Source: Nemertoderma westbladi (taxonomy: Eukaryota; Animalia; Xenacoelomorpha). Taken from it: a stretch of DNA of 60,830 nucleotides. The stretch covers positions 1 through 60,830 of the forward strand of contig JAUCBJ010008883.1 of assembly GCA_032718475.1 (NCBI GenBank). Direction: 5' to 3'. This document shows, piece by piece, positions 12,875 to 26,489 of the stretch. Position numbers and translations under genes: made by a program. The notes under the pieces are model-generated. The model was not told the DNA's origin. It made no database searches and worked only from the letters and a program-made list of their open reading frames with translations. Numbering within the stretch: the first letter of the stretch is position 1; each line of letters begins with the position of its first letter.

Positions 12875-14845
12875 TATTATTCCATTATATTTATAAACTA
12901 TGTAAAATCATTTTGAGAAAGTCATACGCTATTTGGGACACAAACACCCTATATGGGACACAAACACCCTATATGGGACATAAACAACCTATTTGGGATA
13001 AATTTAAATTAAAGCTATGATACTGAATTATATTTTCTTTTGAGTATTCCATTATATTTATAAACTATGTAAAATCATTTTGAGAAAGTCACACGCTATT
13101 TGGGACACAAACACCCTATATGGGACACAAACACCCTATATGGGACATAAACAACCTATTTGGGACAAATTTAAATTAAAGCTATGATAGTGAATTCTAT
13201 ATTCTTTTGAGTATTCCATTACATTTCGAAACTATTTGAAATCTATTATAAGCACTTCACACCCTTTACGGGACACAAACACCCTATATGGGACAAAAAC
13301 AACCTATTTGGGACAAATTGAAATTAAAGCTATGGTAGTGAATTCTATTTTCTTTTGAGTATTCCATTACATTTCGAAACTATTTGGAATCATTATAAGC
13401 ACTTCACACCCTATACCGGACACAAACACCCTATATGGGAAACAAACAACCTATTTGGGACAAATTTAAATTAAAGCTATGATAGTGGATTCTATTTTCT
13501 TTTCAGTATTTCCATTATATTTATAAACTATGTAAAATAATTTTGAGAAAGTCATACGCTATTTGGCACGCAAACACCCTATATGGGACAAAAACAACCT
13601 ATTTGGGACAAATTTAAATTAAAGCTATGATACTGAATTATATTTTCTTTTGAGAATTCCATGAGATTTAGAAACTAATTAAAATCATTTTGAGAAAGTA
13701 ACACGCTATTTGGGACACAAACACCCTATATGGGACACAAACAACCAATTTGGGACAAATTTAAATGAAAGCTATGATATTGAATTCTATTTTCTTTTGA
13801 GTTTTCCATTACATTTCGAAACTATTTGGAATCATTATAAGCACTTCACACCCTATACCGGACACAAACACCCTATATGGGACACAAACAACCTATTTGG
13901 GACAAATTTAAATTAAAGCTATGATAGTGGATTCTATATTCTTTTGAGTATTCCACTACATTTCGAAACTATTTGAAATCTATTATAAGCACTTCTCACC
14001 CTTTACGGGACACAAACACCCTATATGGGACAAAAACAACCTATTTGGGACAAATTGAAATTAAAGCTATGGTATTGAATTCTATATTCTTTTGAGTATT
14101 CCATGAGATTTAGAAACTAATTAAAATCATTTTTTGAAAGTAACACGCTATTTGGGACACAAACACCCTATATGGGAGAAAAATAACCTATTTGGGACAA
14201 ATTGAAATTAAAGCTATGATAGTGAATTCTATTTTCTTTTGAGTATTCCATTATATTTATAAACTATGTAAAATCATTTTGAGAAAAGTCACACGCAATT
14301 TGGGACACAAACACCCTATATGGGACACAAATAACCTATTTGGGACAAATTTAAATGAAAGCTATGATAGTGAATTATATTTTCTTTTAAGTATTCCATT
14401 ACATTTCGAAACTATTTGGAATCATTATAAGCACTTCACACCCTATACCGGACATAAACACCCTATATGGGACACAAACAACCTATTTGGGACAAATTTA
14501 AATTAAAGCTATGATAGTGGATTCTATTTTCTTTTGAGTATTTCCATTATATTTATAAACTATGTAAATTCATTTTGAGAAAGTCACACATAATTTGGGA
14601 CACAAACACCCTATATGGGACACAAACACGCTATATGGGACATAAACAACCTATTTGGGACAAATTTAAATTAAAGCTATGATGGTGAATTCTATATTCT
14701 TTTGGGTATTCCATTACATTTCGAAACTATTCGAAATCATTATAAGCACTTCACACCCTATACGGGACACAAACACCCTATATGGGACACAAACAACCTA
14801 TTTGAGTCAAATTTAAGACTTATTAAGGACTATTTGGGATGAAGT
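12875..14845 (-). repeat. ~140-bp satellite array (right arm, inverted)
   Basis: Reverse-complement monomers (CAAACACCCTATATGGGACA). Confidence 0.95.
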
Positions 14846-16014
14846 TGAGTCTGGGGGAGGAGGTTGCGATATCACTAATTTGATTGTCATTTAATTATTA
14901 TTATACGAATGTATTTCGATTTATTATATGTGAATAAATTGCACCACATGAATAAATTGCACAATGAATAAATTTGCACAACATGAATAAATTGCACAAT
15001 ATGAACAAATTGCACAACATGAAATGAAATAACGTGACTATGGTGACACTATAGCCTATAATGCATCACAGTCTTACAGGCCATTTGCAAGGCACCCACA
15101 GTATATCTTTAACCATAACTAGGGAACATGTATTCCAAATGCCCTTATTTAGAATGGGAATTTCCACTGTACATATACCTCAACCAGCTCTTGTCCCAAA
15201 TACGTTGCTCTGTCCAGTATAGGTTGTTATAATGAGCCCCGGATTTGTAGCTGACACTTGGATTATATATCAGTGGAATTTTCCATTAACCTTTACATTA
15301 TATAGCCAATAAGGGAGATGCCTAACTTTAGGAATGTTGGTATTGGTTCGATGACGAGGAGTTGGCTCATATGATGATTTCATTGGATGCCCCTATATTG
15401 GACAGGTTGGAAATCATTACACAACGTATTTGGGACAGGTAGGAATAATAGAAAGCCCCATAGAAGTGAAGGGAAACACCCTATTCTGGACAATGATGTA
15501 GACACTACTCAAAAAAATACCACGATAATACAGAAATAAGTATCCTGTCCCTGGTAGTACCTATTGAATCTTAAGTATTTTTATTGATACCATGTATTTA
15601 AAGTGCCCTATATCTGAATGTTTGTTGAATGACACTTCATAAATTTTTACTATTATTATTATACATGTCCTATCCATGGCATTAAACCGCGGCAAAAACT
15701 AGTGCAATTGGCATTGTCAAAAAATGCAATCATACCATCATTAGTACCTGTCTGAAGCCCATACCCTTTACAAAGCCACCACACTTTCTGGGGTTTCGAT
15801 AAAGATTTGCTCTCGTCGAGTGTGTCTAACAATAATGATGATGCTCGTGATTAATGATCATGCTCGTAAACTATCATTGAGGTACAACAACAACAAAAGT
15901 GATGATCCAGAGGCGATCCAGGGTGATGCAGATATGAATAGTGGCACTGATTCGCCACTAGCTGAAGATATTTCGATGATGGATTTCAAAATGGCGAAAC
16001 GAATGCTTCCATAC

Positions 16015-16815
16015 CCCCATTCCTGGAGCGATTACCAGTTCCAGACCCAGTCATGATGCCACTAACAGCACCAAACCCAGTCCTGGAGCAATTACCAGCT
16101 GCAGACCCAGTCATGATGCCACTAACAGCACCAGACCCAGTCCTGGAGCCATTACCAGCTGCAGACCCATTCATGATGCCACTAACAGCACCAGACCCAG
16201 TCCTGGCAACAATAATGGCTCCAAACCCAGTCCTGCCAACAATAGAGGCTCCAGACCTAGTCCTGCCAACAATAATGGCTCCAGACCCCGGCTTAGCACC
16301 ACTACTGGCTTGAGACCCAGTACTGACGCCACGAACAGCTCTAAACGCAGTTCTGAAGCCACTAACAGCATCAGTCCCAGTCCTGCCAACCACCCAATAC
16401 TGACACCACTAACAGCTCTAAACCCAGTCATGATGCCACTAGCAGCATCAGACCCAGTCCTGGAGCCATTACCAGCTGCAGACCCAGTCATGATGCCACT
16501 AACAGCACCAGACCCAGCCAGTCCTGGCAACAATAATGGCTCCAAACCCAGTCCTGCCAACAATAATGGCTCCAGACCAAGTCCTGCCAACAATAATGGC
16601 GCCAGACCCAGTCTTAGCACCACTACTGGCTCAAGACCCAGTACTGACGCCACTAATGGCTTTAAACCCAGTCCTGCAAACAATAATGGCTCTAGACCCA
16701 GTCTTAATGCCATTACTGGCTCCAGACCCAGTACTGACGCCATCAACACTTCAAAACCCTGACCTAACGTCACTAACTGTTCCAGACCGAGTCCTGGCAC
16801 CATTACCACCATCAG
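16015..16815 (+). repeat. 30-bp minisatellite (GACCCAGTCCTG...), possibly a decayed Pro-rich coding repeat
   Basis: About 26 units. One frame gives 10-aa PDPVLxxxxA repeats, broken by a stop and frameshifts. Confidence 0.8.
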
Positions 16816-17239
16816 ATTAGGTTTGTGACAGCAATTCTACAATGATTTTCACTAGTGATGATGATGATTTTGAAATGCCGGTACCATTGTTTAAACATCT
16901 CAGTAGTCTAAATGAATCGTGACTGAAGTTCAAGATGAAGAATCTATTAAATGATATAAATAAGCGAAATGTGAACAAATTCATGTTCTTTTTCAAGATA
17001 ATTGGTGCCCAGCAGTGGTTCGTAAAGTATCTGGAAAAAGATTAAGAGTGGTTCTCGATAAACACGCGGACTTAATTAAACATTAGACGAAATAAGATAA
17101 CCAGGATGATATGGATGCGATAGCAAAGGAGATACTCGCTTTTCCATATAAAATGGATGTTGAATTCAATAAAACATAATAACTGGAACAATATAATAAA
17201 TAGAGATTCAGAACAGAAACTGCCAATCATTAAATACAC

Positions 17240-19430
17240 TAACTATCATGCCAAAGCAAAGGTCAAAGGGTAAAGGTTTTTATTTCGGAAAGCCTCACCA
17301 AACGTCGTGCTGCGCTACTGAAGGAAGCCAAGGCGAAGGGTGGTATGCGTGCTCAGTCGACGGCCGAATCCTGGTATCAACTTCCTCGGGATCAATTCTT
17401 ACCATCAGCTCGAGGAAAGATATTGATCACTGGACCCCAAGTTCCACCATGTCACCTCCCACTGTTGGTAAATCAACAAGTCTGTGGTGTCGGCTAAATC
17501 TGAGACTAAGTCATCGTCGGGTTCTAAATCGAAGTCGGCTCCTAAGACGCAGTCTACTGCATGGATGGAAACAAAGTCTGACCCTAACCGTAAGTCGACT
17601 GCAGCATCTAAATCGAAGAAGAAGACAACTAAAGCGGATAATAACGCTCAGAGTGAGTAGCACCATAACAGTGTCTACCTCAACCACTTACAGGGAATAA
17701 GTGTAGTTTAATACCCGTATGGTATTAATAGTGAAAGTTTTAAATTCATAATTATATAGTCAGGTAATTTATGGCTGTCCCAAGTATCAAAGTACCCAAA
17801 TTATCTATTAATCGTAATCCTATTTGTCACACTACCATTAAAACAAACCAATCTGCTATATTTTGTGAAATATGTGAGTGCTGAGTACATTCAAAGTGTA
17901 TTCGACCTTCTCTACAACGCGGTGATTATCGTTATTTCCAAAATATGCCGTTTACGATGCTCGTTATTATACTACCGTTTATGATGTTTGTAGATGACGA
18001 TGAATTTATTTTTACTATAATTAACTACCGATTTCCGGACACCATAGATATTTCTGCTTTAAACTCTACTTTTTTGAACCTTATAATTTAAAAGCCATTG
18101 GTATTAACGATTTCGACACATAATTCAACCCTGATGTGTATTTATATTCTGATTTTTCTAACATCAAAAATTGCACATACCACTTTTCAGATGATTTAAT
18201 GAAAAATTAAATAACGAAAATTTATATGATTTGTCTTTACTTCACGTAAATTCAAGGAGCCTAACAGGCAACTTTGGGAACTTTACTTCATGTAAATTCA
18301 AGGAGCCTAACAGGCAACTTTGAGAACATAACTGCGTATATTATAAAACAACAAATATCAATAAAATTTGATGCTATATGAATTAGTGAGACATGGCTAA
18401 ATGCTTATAGCCACATAATCGGCAATTGTAATTTGGAAGGTTATAATTTTTTCAAAAAATTCGGGAATCAAAGCTGGGTGGGGGAGTTGGTCTTTACATT
18501 TAAGACACAATATCAGATATACCACGTGATGACCTTTCCAAGCTTCCGAGTAATGGAAATGGATTGTAATTACATTTATAGAAATTCCGCAAGAGAAAAG
18601 TAAAAATATCTTTATTGGTGTCATTTATCGACCCCCTGATCATTGCATTCAGGACAGCATCACGTCACTTTTCATCATATTACAAAAAATTACAGACGAG
18701 GGCAAAATTTGTTACCTTATGGGGGATTATAATATGGACTTACTTAAAGGTAGAACAGCATGCACCAACACGTGACTTTTTTAATTTAATGACTTCTCAT
18801 TGTTTTCATCCAACCATTTCTAAATCGACCCGACCCGTATCACAACTGCTACCTTAATTGATGACATATTTGTAAACACGCTTCCTACTTCTCTCGACTC
18901 TGGTATTTTTATATGTAATTTAACAGATCACCTACCCATATTTCTCCTTAGTAAATTTAACAGCAAACTTAGTATTAGCAAAAATTTGTATTACAGAGGC
19001 AATATTCTGAAAAAAATAGTACAATATTTAAGGAGAAACTCTCTAGCTTTGACTGGAACACCATGTTGCTGCTAGATAGTGACCATGACAATGCAAATGA
19101 TATGTACAATAAATTTGTAGCAATTTACTCAAAAATAAATAATGAGTGCTTTCCAATCAAACGAATAAAATTAGCAAATCCCAAAACACCATGGATATCG
19201 CATAATATATTAAAATGTATCAAGAAAAAAGACAGATTTTACCACGATTACCTCATCCATAAAAATGATAAAGCCTAAGAAAAATTTGTGAAATATCGCG
19301 ATGCACTGAAGACAATTATTCGAAGGTCTAAAATTAATTATTTTAATAAAGCCATGGACAGTAAAACTCGAACAGTGAAACAAATATGGCAATCTATAAA
19401 CCAAGTAATTAACCGCAAAGTCAACAAAAC
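17240..19430 (+). mobile_element. Degraded CR1/Crack-like LINE fragment: ORF1 C-terminus, PHD finger, APE endonuclease
   Basis: Frameshifted motifs VFISESLTKRRAALLKEAK..SVDGRILV (ORF1), a Cys/His PHD pattern at ~17815-17900, HVNSRSL, ISETWL, IGVIYRPP, MGDYN and TDHLPIF. Confidence 0.8.
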
Positions 19431-19431
19431 T

Positions 19432-19780
19432 TGGACTGGTTGGACTGTAGCAACATATTACATACATCAGGTACACATATATATGTTGCCTTGGAATTCC
19501 CATCAAATGGGGCGATCATAACCTGGAATTTATAGATTCGATGTTGTTTAGGGTCTTAAGAGCAAATGGGCTTAGCAGAATTCCTACTCCTCCAATTGAT
19601 GCATTGGCCGAGTTTCTTACTGCTGAGCTTGTTACTAACGTCCATCCATTTCCAATGTCATTGTACTTCATGGCAGTGTCTTCATGACAAATCCGATGTC
19701 CATGGATGCAGATGATGTTGATGTTATATTCCATTGCCAGAACGACCATGTCATCCTGTTTGGTATGTGCAATGTATTTC
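19432..19780 (-). pseudogene. RTE family B APE endonuclease fragment
   Basis: INIICI..HR, GGVGILLS and ICCYSPT motifs. Inverted copy of 31185-31512. Confidence 0.8.
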
Positions 19781-20459
19781 CTAACTCGACTCATTAGTTT
19801 AGTATTATATACCTGGATCATCATCGGAACTCCAGTGAAACAATTGAATGCGCCGGAGATTAACTTATAGCATAATTAATTATTTGCGTATAAACAGCAA
19901 CAGTAACAATCATTCACCTCACAATTCACATAATAGTAACTTTTTGCACGCATTGTACACCACCCCTACCTGCACGGCACTCCCTGGCAATACATTGGGA
20001 TATAATACTAGCCACGCCATTGTCCAAAGTATTATTGTAACTTAACTTTTAATGCTGTAATTATACTACAATATACTGTGTACAATGTGAGTATCGGATT
20101 ACCAATTAAACAATACAATTTAAACAATTGTCTTCTTTAGTCTAAAATTCGCCACCCACTTTTATGGAATTTGGACCATCAGAACCGAAGTTTGAGCGAT
20201 TTTAGTGAAAAAATATAATATAATATAATGTATAATATAAAATAAATAAAATTTTCTGTTTCTGAATCTATGCTTGCTTAAATTGCGGTTAGGTCAAATA
20301 ATATGGTATTTAGGCTGACTCTAGTGTAACCCAGTAGCGTAACTAGTTAGCGTTACAATTCTGGAATACCTAGTTAATTAGTTTGCAACTCCGTACGTTT
20401 TGAGTAAATGTAGTTTATGCTAGTATTTAGAACAAAATAAGGATTTCGTACGCTGCATA

Positions 20460-21535
20460 CTACTAGGATCGGCATGCTGCATTGCAGCTGCATTTTTACG
20501 AATGCTTTGCCGGCTTATCGACAAAATTGCACCACCACAACTCCCTATCACCCATGACATTTGCTAGATCATCTGCATCTTCAAGACAAGTGTCCTTTAA
20601 GATGCGTCTCAAGAAAGTCATGGGCTGTCCACCATGCTTATTCACTCCATGAGGCTTCCAAAGTACAAGATTATGCACTGGCTGGTGGTCCTCACGGTGA
20701 AAGCAATGTCCTGCAAAGTGGAGGCGATTTTGTTCTAGTGTCAAGCTTGGGGGCACCAATGAGACACCTCCAATGTTATATAGTGTCTGGTTGGAGATGT
20801 GTGCATTGTACTTGACACAATGAACCCGGCGTAGCATTCTTGTGAATGTGCCATCCAGAGATTTGGTGTCCTCAGCAGTTAGAGCCCAGCATGGACTCCC
20901 ATAGAGGAGTACTGGAACTACTGCTGCTCTAAATAACCGGACATTAAGTTTCCGATTAATTCTCGGTGACTTCCAAATCCTGGAAAGCCTATTCAAGGCT
21001 GCCTATGCCTTTCCCTTACGTATTCGAAGGTCCTCACCTGCCTTCCGGATCCATGATCCCAGGTAACAGAAGTCATCCACATGTTCAAGCATACCATCTT
21101 TTGAGCTTATGCTCATCCGATCAGAGACTTGCTGAGGACTTTCAAAGTTAACTGTCAAAATTTTGGTCTTTCTGGAGTTAATAAAAAGACCAACACTAGA
21201 AGCAGCATGTTCTAATGAGCTGAGGAGCCATTGGGCTCCCTCTAGTGATTCTGAGAGTACTCCTAAGTCATCAGCAAAGTCTAGATCAGTTAGGTACTTG
21301 GCAGGATTTCCTCGACTTCTAGAGCCAGTAGGTGGAGTTATCATCACCCCATCATCATTATGATGATCTAAGGACATGCGTAGAACATAGTCAACAACAA
21401 TTATGAACAAGAATGGTGCAAGTGTGTCTCCCTGGAGGACGCCCCATAACACTTCAAATGGTTCTGTGTCACCGTCAACAGTAGACACAAATGTTGTCGA
21501 ACCATTCGTATACTGATCTGATTGCTGCAATATTT
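20460..21535 (-). mobile_element. RTE LINE family A, copy 2
   Basis: RT motifs in ORFs 21003-21530 and 20496-20996. 12-bp TSD GTACGCTGCATA (20448-20459, 21536-21547). Confidence 0.93.
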
Positions 21536-22314
21536 GTACGCTGCATAGCGGAGAATAGTTTAGTTATTTACGCTTAGGAAATATTTTGGACTAATTTATG
21601 CTAGGTGGTTATCCGAGAATAGCGGGTTTACAAATTTTGCAGTAGTCACAAGTGTAGCGAAGCAGTAGAACAGCTGTTTACAGTCAGCACCAAGTGCCCT
21701 GGGTTTTAGGTAAATGATTTCCCCCTCATTTGTAACATTAAATATTCTCACATTCAACATTTGACCACCTGACGAACTGCTTTCTTTCTCTGTGAGAAGT
21801 GAACAATTGGAGTGTTAAGTCACCGACACTCGTATTAGTAGCCTGGGAAGCCAAATCGGATTTATTGTTTTGGTTATTTCGGTTTCGGCTTGTGTTTAGA
21901 GTGATTAGCTTGGTATGTTATAGTTTGATTATAACCATTTGCTTTATTCGAAAATACAAACATATCAAAAGGAAGAATCCCCTTTGAGATTTCTTTAACA
22001 GGTACCCTTATCTGAATAGAATGCCTTTACCTGACCCCGTCTTGCCATGAATCCTCTTATGGCTAGTAACAGGGCATCTGCAAATCTGCAACACGCTCCC
22101 ATCGTTTTACGATGGAGCGAGCATATTTGGTTTCAATTGGTCCGAAACCATGTTTCCATGCAACCATGTTTCTTGTTAGGAGATTATAACATTAATCTAC
22201 TGAAAACAAATTCCAGCCAATACAGTGCCGATTTTTTCAACTTTATTACTTCTTTAAACTACTCACATACAATATCCAAACCTACTCGCATTACAGATCA
22301 CTCAGCGACATTAA

Positions 22315-23182
22315 GGGGGGGTATACCCCCCCCCCCCATGAACCTTTTTTTAAAATGGCTGTCGATTAGAGTTAAATGATAATATTGCTATTTTGTCATG
22401 GTCAACCACTGTATGGAAGGCCAAATAGCCTTTATAGTAAAATTTGTAGCCTCCCCCTAGCGGCTGGTGGCGGAATTAAAGATTTCACTAAAATTGCTAC
22501 TAGTCCCTCAATTTTGGTCCAAATTTCTTGAAAAAAACTTTTTTGGACTCAACGTGATCGACTCTACAAAAGTTATCTTATAGAATTTTTAATTAGCCAA
22601 TTTTATTTTAATTAATAAATTTAATTAATTAATTATCATATATTTTAATTAAAAATGGCTAATTAGAATGGTAAATTAAAAATGGTAATACTTATCAAAA
22701 TTCCATAAGATAACTTTTAAAGAGCTTCCAAAGCTCGTTCGAATGAGCCATAAACGAAGAAAATTGGTTGAAAAATGACGGAGGAGTAGTAATTTGAAAG
22801 TGAAAAATGTCATTCCGTTTAAACCGTCCCGCCAAAATTGGCTGTCTGTTTTCCTGGTTGGTTAATTATTTCTGGCACGAAGGTTGTATACCAACGAGCT
22901 AAAATATTCATTACGGAGGTTTTCGGGGTCGCTGATTTCATTTCCGATGTCAGTTTTAATTTTTGGTGGAATCTAGTATATCTGTCTGTCAGTCGGTCTT
23001 CTGTCTTTCTTACAATTTGACGGACAGACCGTCATACGGAAAAACAGTGATAACTCGAGAACTGAAATAGGTCTCACTAAGCTGTTTTCAGATTTGTAAT
23101 CCTCATTAAATTCTGCTCTAGGTGAAATAAAGAAATAATAATTTGAAAATTTTACATGAAGGGGGGTATAACCCCCCCCCCC
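22315..23182. mobile_element. Kolobok-like non-autonomous DNA transposon
   Basis: TTAA TSD (22311-22314, 23183-23186) and G-run/TATA/C-run TIRs. Cleanly splits the LINE motif SATL|IDNI. Confidence 0.85.
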
Positions 23183-25665
23183 CCCCCCCCCCTTAATTGA
23201 TAATATCTTAACAAATTCAGATACAACTAATATGAAATCTGGTATACTAATGGCCTCCATCTCCGACCACCTACCAATATTCCTATTAACTGATATAGTT
23301 TCTAATTAAAACACTAAACCAAAATTTATACTCCGACGAGAACTCAATAACAAGGCATAACAACAAGCCTTTAGAACCAGTCTCATTACTGCTGATTGGA
23401 TTGCATCTTACTCCAACACGACTGCTGACAATGCATATAATACATTTCTAGACCTATATCAGAAACACTACAACACTCACTTTCCATTAGAATGCATTAA
23501 AGTACGGAATAGTACTAAACCATGGCTAACAGATAGCCTGCATAGAGCAATCAGAAAACGAGAAAGATTGTTTGGAAACTATATACGGCACCCTACAGAG
23601 GAGAAACTAAAAATATTCAAAAGGTATAGGAATGCACTGGACGCCCTACTCCGAACAGCTAAAAAGGACTACTACAGTGAGGCCGTAGACTTTTAAAAAC
23701 CAAAAATATACAATCTATTTGGCGGCACATAAGCAACCTACTCCAAAGACAACCTAAATCCTCTTCTCATACACTACTAACTGATGGAAATCGGACTTAC
23801 AGTGAGCCCACAGATATCGCAAATTGCTTTAGTACACACTATCAAACTGTAGGAACAAAACTAGACAAACTCATACCACCAAAAACCGAGGGCTCACCCT
23901 TAGTTAGACTACTTACCCACCCCACCAACTGACAAATTAAAAACGTTTAATACTGTAACTCCTGAGGACATAATGAACATAGCAAATGGTCTCAATAAAC
24001 GGACAAGCCCCGGTTACGATGATATCACAGCAGCCGCAGTTCACCCAACTATGTCACTTATAGCGGAACCCTTATCCCACTAAAAACTGGTCAAAAAGAA
24101 AGTATCCCGAATCACACAAGTCTTTAAGTCAGAAAATCCAACATTCCCAATAAATTATAGACCCATATAAGCGTACTTTCCTAAAATTCTCGAAAAGATT
24201 GTTCACATTGAGCTCACAGATTACCTTATGAAACATGCGTTACTCAATACAGCACAGTTTGGTTTCAGAATCAAACACTCAACCCAACACGCATTTCTTA
24301 CATTACTGGAGCATATAACAAACGCTTTGGACAATGGGGAATACATGATTGGTGTGTAATTAGATCTATCCAAGGCGTTCGACATAGTTAATCACAAAAT
24401 ACTACTACAAAAACTAGAACGCTACGGGATCACAGATACTGTACTACTTTGGCTAAATAATTATCCTTCTAACCGATTGCAGTACGTTACAGTAGGCTCT
24501 GGAAAATCGAAATTACAATTAGAAATTCCAATTATAATAGGCTTGCCACAAAGTTCGTTGTTGAGTCCCCTCCTATTTATCATATACTGTAATGACATTA
24601 CTAACTTCTCTACTTCATCAAAACTTATCTTATTTGCCGACGATACTAAATATATAAATATCTATTTAAAGCTGGCAAAGACATAAATCAATTAATCACA
24701 GATATTAACACTGAACTAACCAAATTAGCTAAGTGGTTTCAATTAAATCGACTCTCTCTTGACACTGGGAAAACGAACTGTATCATATTCTACACCCACA
24801 TTAGATCACCCAAAATCAACAGTGAAGGAAAAGTAATTATTAACAATGTTGAATTTAAAAGAAAACAATCGATAAAACTTCTTGGATTTTACATAGATGA
24901 ACATCTTACCTGGAAACACCACCGTGAACATATAACCACACAAAAACAAAAGTAAACAACACCAAAAAGTAACTTAGGGATAATTAACCAAATAAAAAAC
25001 TTTATTTCACCACATGCACTAAAACTACTCTACCATACGATGATCGACCCATATTTACAGTACTGCAATGCTGTCTGGGCAGCAACAACATACAAGTCAG
25101 AATCGAATACTTCCACAAACCAACACAGAAATCACTACAGGCGGAGAAGGAAAAGCAGAAAAACCATGGAAAACCCTACAACCACAATAAAATCACTCCA
25201 GAATTTACAAAACAGGGCCATAAAAACTGTGCAGTCTAGAGGAAACATAGACTTCCGACCACTCACTTCTACTTCAATCTTCAAAAAACAAGTCGCGACA
25301 CTTTGCTATAACTACTTACATAAATTACTACCACCAAACATCCTACCAACACTACTTACACTCACATATACCACGCACAATCACCTTACAAAAAATGCTA
25401 CTAACGGACAATGTACTGTACCCCGTACAAGATTACAGATTGCCAAACAATCCATCAAAGTCAGGGCCCCGGAAGTCTGGAATGGAGTCCCCGAAACTGT
25501 GCGGCAGGCACAATCTATTAGAATCTTCAAATATAAATTACATTCATATCTGGCAGATATGCGTCCTATTGAAGCCTAATCAAACTAAGAAATATCCAAC
25601 TGTAATTAATTTATCGATAAAACTCTATAATTTTGCACCTTAATCATTAAGGTGGAAGGTCATTA

Positions 25666-25972
25666 AGGCGAAGCCTTAGCATATGGGTGCCATTGACGAG
25701 TTGTCTGTCGTCGTCTTCATCGTCGCCTGTCGTCGTAAATTTTTGATCGCTAATAACTCGGATATTACTTGATGAAATTAAACGAAACTTGGTATGTATG
25801 TAGTCCGTCGAAAGTTTAGAAAGAATCTGAAGTTTCGTCAAAAACGAACGAACGCAACGAGGCACAAGAGGAGGACGAGTATTGTGTTGAAGACTTCTGA
25901 CTAACGGCAGACAACTCGTTAATGGTACCCATATGCTAAAGACTTTGCTCACTTCGTGCTGCGCGAAGACCC
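25666..25972 (+). mobile_element. HINE/DINE-1-like (Helentron-derived) element
   Basis: ~35-bp subterminal inverted repeats (25676-25710, 25905-25939), (GTC)n microsatellite, and 3' hairpin CTTCGtgctgcgCGAAG (25952-25968). Confidence 0.6.
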
Positions 25973-26489
25973 CACGAACGTGTTATACTGTATACTGAAA
26001 TGTTTCCCTTTAGACTGCATCCTGCATGATTTATTTACCTACTGTATTACCAATAGTTGTTTTTCATGAGTTGTTAACATATTTACAGTGCTACCTACGT
26101 ATTTACAGTAGCGCTTATTTAGTGTTAGGCCCTACCTACTTACTTACAATGGTATACCTACTTATTTACAAATGTACACCGGGGTTTGTGTAATGGGCCT
26201 ACCCGACAAGCCTCCGTCTACATTATATAATCATTTATTTATATGATGTTAGACAACCACAACCACGACAAGACCCCATGTCCTATTTTATTGTTTTCAT
26301 ATTTATAATCATTTATGTACCAGGAACTTACTCAATTATATGAAAGTATGTATCAATTTGATTATATTGTGTGTAAATAGTTCATTAAATAAAAAAAATA
26401 AAAAAAATTAATTAAGGTCGCTTATAGCGTGGAGGTGAGGAAGGGGGTAGCTTGGTTAGGTGGATGGTAGGAATGCCCGGCTTTATATT

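Larger units (their letters stand above)
4585..15510. mobile_element. Foldback-type (long-TIR, non-autonomous) palindromic element
   Basis: 4588-5300 is the reverse complement of 14780-15507. The internal satellite flips orientation at ~12866. AAAAAAAT on both flanks (4577-4584, 15511-15518) is a candidate 8-bp TSD, but low-complexity. Confidence 0.85.
22150..26407 (+). mobile_element. Degraded CR1/Crack-like LINE (APE C-terminus, RT, 3' UTR, A-rich tail)
   Basis: LLGDYNINLL, PTRITDHSATL|IDNI, DLSKAFDIVNH, GLPQSSLLSPLLF and LFADDT motifs. A-rich end at ~26387-26407. Confidence 0.85.

Noticed and set aside
5240-14845. CRISPR array, or coding repeats (MGHKHPIWDT ORFs)
   Set aside because: The intervening sequences are themselves repeated, there are no cas genes, and the context is eukaryotic. 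The ORFs are chance readings of the satellite.
17248-17700. 150-aa ORF as a standalone (for example Polinton core-like) protein
   Set aside because: An overlapping frame gives the LINE ORF1 C-terminal motif ISESLTKRR...DGRILV, followed by PHD and APE domains. It is a frameshifted LINE remnant.
20280-22150. Another LTR around RTE copy 2
   Set aside because: The composition is LTR-like, but I could not fix TG/CA ends, a TSD or a second copy.
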